Part shown: piece by piece, positions 26,705 to 32,000 of the stretch
Layout of the letters: each line of letters begins with the position of its first letter
Numbering within the stretch: position 1 is the first letter of the stretch
Assembly (NCBI RefSeq): GCF_000039765.1
Contig: NC_004460.2
Span: forward strand, 1 to 32,000
Length of the DNA stretch: 32,000 nt
Source of the DNA: Vibrio vulnificus CMCP6
Lineage (GTDB): Bacteria; Pseudomonadota; Gammaproteobacteria; Enterobacterales; Vibrionaceae
Reading direction: 5' to 3'
Position numbers and translations under genes: made by a program
Notes under the pieces: generated by a model
The model's database searches: none
Seen by the model: the letters and a program-made list of their open reading frames with translations, nothing else
Told to the model about the DNA's origin: nothing

Positions 26705-27817
26705 ATGTCGTTGGTTGATCCTCTAGTTGGAAGTCGATTTGGTCGTCAGTTTAGAAGGCGATGCCTAAGCGCTGCGGTGGCCAGTTTGCTGGTGGTGGGA
26801 TGCAGTGAGCCTGTTGCTCAGCATGTGGCAGCGCCAGTGGTTCGCCCGGCATTGGTGGAGCGTGTCTCTACTGAGCAGGATAAAGCGCTGAGTTTTAACG
26901 GGGTCGTGCAAGCGGCAGAAAGAGCGGAGTTGTCGTTTCGTGTTTCTGGGCGATTGACACAACTGCTCGTGAACGATGGCGATACGGTGAAAAAAGGCCA
27001 GCTACTCGCCCAATTAGATGCACGTGATGCCAAGACGGCGTTAGCCTCTGCTCAATCAGAGCTCGATAACGTGCAGGCGGAATACGCGCGCGCAAAAGCC
27101 ATTTTTGAGAAAAGCCGAGCGATCACCAAAAGCGATTTGGATGCACTCGCAACACGGTTGAATTTGTCGAAAAATCGAGTGGAAGAAGCGCAACGCCAAC
27201 TTGAATACACCAGTCTCTATTCTCCTTTTGCTGGGGTTGTTGGGCTGACGCAAGTCGACAACCATACCCAGGTTCAGGCTAACCAGCCGATTGTAACTTT
27301 GCACAACCTGCAGCAGTTGGAAGTGTTGGTTAACATTCCCGATACCGTGATGTTGACCAGCCAGCACAACACGCGCGCGTTTGCTGAAATCGCGGTGATC
27401 CCAGAGCATCGTTTCCCTTTGACCTTGAAGCATTACTCCACCCAAGCGGACGCGGCAACGCAAACTTACGCCGTGACGCTGGCGTTTACCGATGTGAATG
27501 GTTATCGCGTGCTTCCGGGAATGACGGTGAAAGTAGTACCGGACACAACGGAGCGCCAACAAACGGAAACTCAACGCATCACGCTGCCTTTAACGGCGGT
27601 GATCTCAGATAACCAAGGTGGCCAATATGTGTGGGTGGTCAACGGAGATAATCGCGTTGCAAAACGCGAGGTCAAAGTCGGTGAGCTTCGCCAAAATCGC
27701 ATCGCGATTGATGACAATCTTACCTTGGGCGAAAACGTGGTGATTGCAGGAACAGGCTCGCTTGTCGAGGGCATGACGGTTCGCCCTTACACAGAATCGA
27801 CCCAAGGAGCTCAGTAA
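26705..27817 (+). CDS. RND efflux periplasmic adaptor (membrane fusion protein), lipoprotein type
   Basis: Lipobox LLVVGCS, HlyD/AcrA-like coiled-coil hairpin (AQSELDNVQAEYARAKA...RVEEAQRQLEYT) and beta-barrel regions. GAAGGTGG RBS. The stop overlaps the pump start (TAATG). Confidence 0.9.
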   Translation: MSLVDPLVGSRFGRQFRRRCLSAAVASLLVVGCSEPVAQHVAAPVVRPALVERVSTEQDKALSFNGVVQAAERAELSFRVSGRLTQLLVNDGDTVKKGQLLAQLDARDAKTALASAQSELDNVQAEYARAKAIFEKSRAITKSDLDALATRLNLSKNRVEEAQRQLEYTSLYSPFAGVVGLTQVDNHTQVQANQPIVTLHNLQQLEVLVNIPDTVMLTSQHNTRAFAEIAVIPEHRFPLTLKHYSTQADAATQTYAVTLAFTDVNGYRVLPGMTVKVVPDTTERQQTETQRITLPLTAVISDNQGGQYVWVVNGDNRVAKREVKVGELRQNRIAIDDNLTLGENVVIAGTGSLVEGMTVRPYTESTQGAQ

Positions 27818-30800
27818 TGAACCTTGCTGGCTATACCATTGCAAAGCGTACCAGTGTTTGGGTATTGATTGCGCTGACCTTACTAGGTGGGTACATCAGT
27901 TATCTAAAACTTGGCCGATTTGAAGACCCTGAATTTGTCATCCGCCAAGCGGTGATCAACACCCCCTATTATGGCGCGACCGCACAAGAAGTGTCAGACG
28001 AAGTGACGGATCTCATCGAAGGGGCGGTTCAATCTCTGCAAGAGTTGAAAGAGGTCAAGTCGGTTTCCAAACAGGGCATGTCGGAAGTGACGGTGGAGAT
28101 CAAACTCGAGTTCGCTAAAAGCTCTGCCGAGTTGCAGCAAGTTTGGGACAAGTTAAGACGCAAGATAAGCGATGTACAAAGGCAGTTGCCGCCGGGCGCA
28201 GGTCCTTCCATTGTTAACGATGATTTCTCTGATGTGTATGCACTGTTCTTTGCGGTGACCGGAGAAGGCTTTAGCGACAAACAACTGCAAGACTACGTGG
28301 ATACACTTCGCCGAGATTTGGTGTTGGTGCCTGGTGTGGCCAAAACGGCGACGTTAGCGGAGCAGCAAGAGACCATTTTTGTGGAGATCTCTTCAGAGCG
28401 ATTAAAACAGCTTGGCATGTCGATGGAGAAAGTGACGCAAGTGTTGCAGAAGCAAAACCTGATTACTGTTGCTGGCAGCATTGAAACCGAGGCGATGCGG
28501 CTACCGGTGATCCCCGATAGTTCGATTCGTTCACTGCAAGACATCCGCAATCTGCAAGTTGGCCTTGGGGCCGACAACAAAGTGATCCGCTTAGGCGATA
28601 TCGCCAACGTTGTCCGTGGGTACCAAGAACCAGCGACGATGCTGATGCGTTACAACGGACAACGCGCCGTTGGTTTTGGTATTTCCAACGTGATGGGCGG
28701 CAACGTGGTCGAGATGGGGGATGCCGTTAAAGCGCGATTGGCTGAGTTGGAAAACCAACGTCCGCTTGGTATGGAGCTGCATGTTATTTCGATGCAGTCG
28801 GATTCCGTGAGAGCATCGGTTGCGAACTTTATCGACAACTTGATCGCAGCGGTAGCGATTGTGTTTGTTGTGTTGCTGCTGTTTATGGGGGTGAGATCGG
28901 GCATCATCATCGGCTTTGTGCTGTTGCTGACGGTGGCGGGAACACTGTGCATCATGCTAATTGATGATATCGCGATGCAACGCATTTCCTTGGGCGCGTT
29001 GATCATTGCGCTAGGCATGTTGGTGGACAACGCTATTGTGGTGACCGATGGCATTTTGGTGCGCATGCAACAAGAGCCGGACAGTGACAAGCTGACCATC
29101 GTCAATGAGGTCGTCGAGGCGACCAAATGGCCGCTGCTCGGTGGCACGGTGGTGGGTATTTGTGCCTTCAGTGCCATTGGTTTGTCGCCATCGGACATGG
29201 GCGAGTACGCTGGCTCGCTGTTCTGGGTCATCCTTTATTCGATGCTGTTAAGCTGGGTGTTTGCTGTGACCATCACACCAATGTTGTGTCACGATTTTCT
29301 AAAAGTAAAACCGAATCAAGGAGATAACTCAGTTGGCGTTATGATGCGAAGCTATCGCGGCTTGCTTAGCTGGGTATTGCGTCATCGCCTTATCAGCGTT
29401 GTGGCCATTTTGGCGATGCTGTTGACCGCCGTGTGGGGAGCGAAGTTTATTCCACCGGGTTTCATGCCTGACTCTCAGCGTGCGCAGTTTGTGGTCGACG
29501 TCTACCTACCACAAGGGTCGGATATTCGTCGCACCGAGCAAGTGGTCGCGCAGATTGAAAATGAGGTGAAAAGTAAACAAGGAGTGACCAACATCACCAG
29601 TTTTATTGGTGGTGGTGGCTTGCGCTTTATGTTGACGTACTCACCAGAAGCACGAAACACCAGTTACGGCCAATTGCTGATTGATATTGATGACTATCAG
29701 AAAATCGCTGCGTTGTTGCCTGAACTGCAAAATGAACTGGATGCCAAATACCCAGATGCATCGATTAAAGTCTGGAAATTTATGCTGGGCCGCGGTGGTG
29801 GTAAGAAGATCGAAGCGGGCTTCCAAGGCCCAGACAGTGCTGTGTTACGTGGCTTAGCTGAACAGGCCAAAGCGCTGATGCTGGCGGATGACAATTTGAT
29901 TGCGGTGCAAGATGACTGGCGCCAGCAAATGCCAGTGGTGAAACCTGTCTACTCTTCAGAAAAGGCGCAGCGTTATGGCCTGACCAATCAAGAGATCAAC
30001 CAAGCGATCAGTCAGACGCTGTCAGGCAAAAATGTTGGTGTTTATCGTGAAGGTGATGACTTAATCCCGATTGTGCTGCGAGCGCCCAAAGAAGAGCGCC
30101 AGCATGCTAGGGCGATCGAAAACACCTTGGTTTATAGTCACGCGGTTGGGCAGTCAGTGCCAGTAAGTCAACTGATTGAATCGGTGGATGTGGTTTGGCA
30201 AGACGCCATACTACGCCGCATTGATCGTGTCCCGACGATTTTAGTTCAAGCAGATCCTGCACCAGGTGTGCTCACGGCGGACGCGTTCAATCAAATACGC
30301 AATAAAATCGAAGCTGTTCCTTTGCCTGCGGGTTACGAGTTGACTTGGTATGGTGAGTACAAAGCATCTAAGGATGCCAATGAAGGTCTGGTCATTTCGG
30401 CACCTTACGGGTTTTCCGCAATGATTTTGTCGGTCATTTTCATGTTTAACGCGTTAAGACAGCCGTTGGTGATCTGGCTAACAGCGCCTTTAGCAGTGAT
30501 TGGTGTCACGGTTGGCCTGATTGTCTTCCAAACGCCCTTCGAATTCATGGCGATTCTCGGCTTTCTTAGCTTGATCGGCATGATGGTGAAAAACGCCATC
30601 GTCTTGGTGGATCAAGCTGACGTGGAAATTCGACAAGGCAAGTGGCCATTCCAAGCCATCATCAATGCGGCGATGAGTCGCGCTCGTCCTGTGCTTCTTG
30701 GCGCATTGACCACGATATTAGGTGTCGCACCACTGTTGGTTGATCCCTTCTTTAAAAGTATGGCGGTCACCATCATGTTCGGTCTGCTGTTTGCGACCTT

Positions 30801-30867
30801 GTTGACACTGGTGGTGATCCCGCTTTTCTATGCCATGTTGTTTCGCATAAAAGTGGAGCAAATGTAA
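27817..30867 (+). CDS. RND efflux transporter permease (AcrB/AcrD/AcrF family, HAE-1 type)
   Basis: 1016 aa with 12-TM, two-large-loop architecture and family motifs (ALGMLVDNAIVV, GMMVKNAIVLVD). It is translationally coupled to the adaptor. No outer-membrane factor gene lies in the operon. Confidence 0.95.
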   Translation: MNLAGYTIAKRTSVWVLIALTLLGGYISYLKLGRFEDPEFVIRQAVINTPYYGATAQEVSDEVTDLIEGAVQSLQELKEVKSVSKQGMSEVTVEIKLEFAKSSAELQQVWDKLRRKISDVQRQLPPGAGPSIVNDDFSDVYALFFAVTGEGFSDKQLQDYVDTLRRDLVLVPGVAKTATLAEQQETIFVEISSERLKQLGMSMEKVTQVLQKQNLITVAGSIETEAMRLPVIPDSSIRSLQDIRNLQVGLGADNKVIRLGDIANVVRGYQEPATMLMRYNGQRAVGFGISNVMGGNVVEMGDAVKARLAELENQRPLGMELHVISMQSDSVRASVANFIDNLIAAVAIVFVVLLLFMGVRSGIIIGFVLLLTVAGTLCIMLIDDIAMQRISLGALIIALGMLVDNAIVVTDGILVRMQQEPDSDKLTIVNEVVEATKWPLLGGTVVGICAFSAIGLSPSDMGEYAGSLFWVILYSMLLSWVFAVTITPMLCHDFLKVKPNQGDNSVGVMMRSYRGLLSWVLRHRLISVVAILAMLLTAVWGAKFIPPGFMPDSQRAQFVVDVYLPQGSDIRRTEQVVAQIENEVKSKQGVTNITSFIGGGGLRFMLTYSPEARNTSYGQLLIDIDDYQKIAALLPELQNELDAKYPDASIKVWKFMLGRGGGKKIEAGFQGPDSAVLRGLAEQAKALMLADDNLIAVQDDWRQQMPVVKPVYSSEKAQRYGLTNQEINQAISQTLSGKNVGVYREGDDLIPIVLRAPKEERQHARAIENTLVYSHAVGQSVPVSQLIESVDVVWQDAILRRIDRVPTILVQADPAPGVLTADAFNQIRNKIEAVPLPAGYELTWYGEYKASKDANEGLVISAPYGFSAMILSVIFMFNALRQPLVIWLTAPLAVIGVTVGLIVFQTPFEFMAILGFLSLIGMMVKNAIVLVDQADVEIRQGKWPFQAIINAAMSRARPVLLGALTTILGVAPLLVDPFFKSMAVTIMFGLLFATLLTLVVIPLFYAMLFRIKVEQM

Positions 30868-30880
30868 CGTGACGAACGAA

Positions 30881-30908
30881 CGCTACTCAGTTGAGTAGCG
30901 TTTTTTTT
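30881..30908 (+). terminator. Rho-independent terminator of the RND operon
   Basis: CGCTACTCA-gt-TGAGTAGCG followed by TTTTTTTT. Confidence 0.8.
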
Positions 30909-31023
30909 GGTGAGGCGTTTTCTGCGATTTTTGCACAATTCTTTATGCAACTGACGCCACTTCACAGAACCTTTCACATAACGCGCTAAACTAACATTAA
31001 CCCTTCGCCACAGGAGTCTTTTT

Positions 31024-32000
31024 ATGGATTTCAATCAACTGGTTAGTGGTCAACATCCCGTGTGGAATGTCATTATCGCGTTGCTGCTCGGGGCTATCAT
31101 TGGCACACAGCGTGGCTGGGTGATGCGAAACAGTGCTGAAGGCAGTCGTGTGGCGGGAATTCGCACCTTCTCTTTAGTTGGCTTACTGGGTGGGTTAACG
31201 GCATTGCTCGCCAGTCACACATCGCCTTTCGTGCTTGGTTTTGCTTTACTCGCCTTGGTGGCGCTGGCTTCTATTGCCTTCATTATTCAGCAGAAAAACA
31301 GCCAAGATATCAGCATTACTGGCGTTGTCAGTTTGCTGGTGACGTTTGTGATTGGCAGCTTAGCCGTAGTGGGAGAGGCCGTATTGGCGGCATCGGCAGC
31401 GGTAATTACTGCCGTCGTATTAGATAACAAAAGAGAGCTTCATCAAGGATTGCAGCGTCTGCAAGAATATGAATTGGATGCTGCCTTACGCTTGATGATG
31501 ATCTCTGTGGTGTTGCTGCCTCTGCTGCCAAATCAAACCTATGGCCCATGGAATGCCTTGAACCCGTATGAGATTTGGTGGATGGTGGTGCTGATCGCCA
31601 GCATTTCCTTTGTGGGGTACTTTGCGATCAAAATCGGCGGTGCCAAACGTGGAGTGCTATTTACCTCCGTTTTTGCCGGATTGAGTTCGTCAACGGCACT
31701 GACACTGCAATTTTCCAATCTTTCTCGAGAACAACCAACGATTAGCCCCTTGCTTGCCAGCGGCATACTGCTCAGCTGTGGCACCATGTTCCCACGTTTG
31801 CTGGTGGTGCTTTCGGTGTTAAACCCGGCCTTGGTGACACAGTTGTGGCCGATCGTGCTATTGATGATGGCAGCCTTGTATCTTCCAGCTTGGTGGATCT
31901 GGCGCTATAGCGATGTGGAGTTTAACGAGCAAGCGGGCAAACAAACCAACCCTCTTGCTCTGCAATCGGCGCTGTTTTTTGGGGTCATTTTAGCGGTGAT
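31024..32000 (+). CDS. MgtC/SapB-family membrane protein with DUF4010 extension; 3'-truncated by window end (absent from ORF track)
   Basis: I translated the frame from ATG 31024 to base 32000 and found no stop (325 codons). AGGAG lies 8 nt upstream. The N-terminus GAIIGTQRGW...AGIRTFSLVGLLGG is MgtC-like and is followed by multiple further TM helices. Confidence 0.75.
   Translation, partial: MDFNQLVSGQHPVWNVIIALLLGAIIGTQRGWVMRNSAEGSRVAGIRTFSLVGLLGGLTALLASHTSPFVLGFALLALVALASIAFIIQQKNSQDISITGVVSLLVTFVIGSLAVVGEAVLAASAAVITAVVLDNKRELHQGLQRLQEYELDAALRLMMISVVLLPLLPNQTYGPWNALNPYEIWWMVVLIASISFVGYFAIKIGGAKRGVLFTSVFAGLSSSTALTLQFSNLSREQPTISPLLASGILLSCGTMFPRLLVVLSVLNPALVTQLWPIVLLMMAALYLPAWWIWRYSDVEFNEQAGKQTNPLALQSALFFGVILAV

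Noticed and set aside
30828-31034. 68-aa minus-strand ORF between the RND pump and the MgtC-like gene
   Set aside because: It covers the RND terminator and the RBS and start of the downstream gene. It has no RBS of its own, and its basic low-complexity sequence is typical of chance frames.
1-32000. Scan for CRISPR arrays, integron attC/VCR-type repeats, tRNA/rRNA genes, prophage or toxin-antitoxin modules and known defence-system gene signatures
   Set aside because: I saw no regularly spaced direct repeats, no cloverleaf-like or rRNA-like sequence, and no nuclease, helicase, methylase or small paired ORF architecture. Apart from the IS and its duplication, no long repeats were noticed by eye. 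A computational repeat search would be needed to be sure.

Overview
The window reads like an ordinary chromosomal segment of a Vibrio-type gammaproteobacterium. That taxon call is an unverified inference from protein sequences read by eye. I support about 28 protein-coding genes, nearly all recognisable housekeeping or accessory-metabolism functions. In order they are: a ProW/ProV-type osmoprotectant ABC transporter, with the permease likely cut by the window edge; a DUF417 membrane protein; one intact IS4-subgroup insertion sequence; ppsA with divergent ppsR; a conserved hypothetical; a secreted metzincin protease with a P-domain, preceded by a visibly AT-rich gene of unknown function; glpABC; a HAD hydrolase; a threonine-aldolase-like PLP enzyme plus an S66 (LdcA/MccF-like) peptidase; a PQQ-type sugar dehydrogenase; a CSD-DUF1294 protein; an Fe-alcohol dehydrogenase; yegD; a periplasmic rhodanese; a polytopic coiled-coil membrane protein with a C-terminal wHTH-like tail; a three-gene operon (lipoprotein, SRPBCC plus GyrI-like fusion, single-pass protein); a two-gene RND efflux operon (adaptor plus AcrB-type pump); and a 3'-truncated MgtC/DUF4010 gene that the ORF track missed. 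I saw no rRNA, tRNA, CRISPR array, integron repeats or prophage. I did not find a clear, self-contained novel multi-gene system such as a defence island. The best leads are these. (1) The IS4-like element sits exactly on the dyad axis of the ppsA terminator palindrome, with an 11-bp duplication, and carries its own end-proximal hairpins. (2) A ligand-binding-domain operon lies next to an RND pump that has twin palindromic operators but no regulator gene in the window. (3) A membrane-tethered protein carries a C-terminal wHTH. (4) The AT-rich gene and protease form a two-gene cassette. (5) An unlisted 37-codon membrane-protein ORF has an RBS and a terminator. All homology statements come from reading the translations. 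No searches or computations were run.
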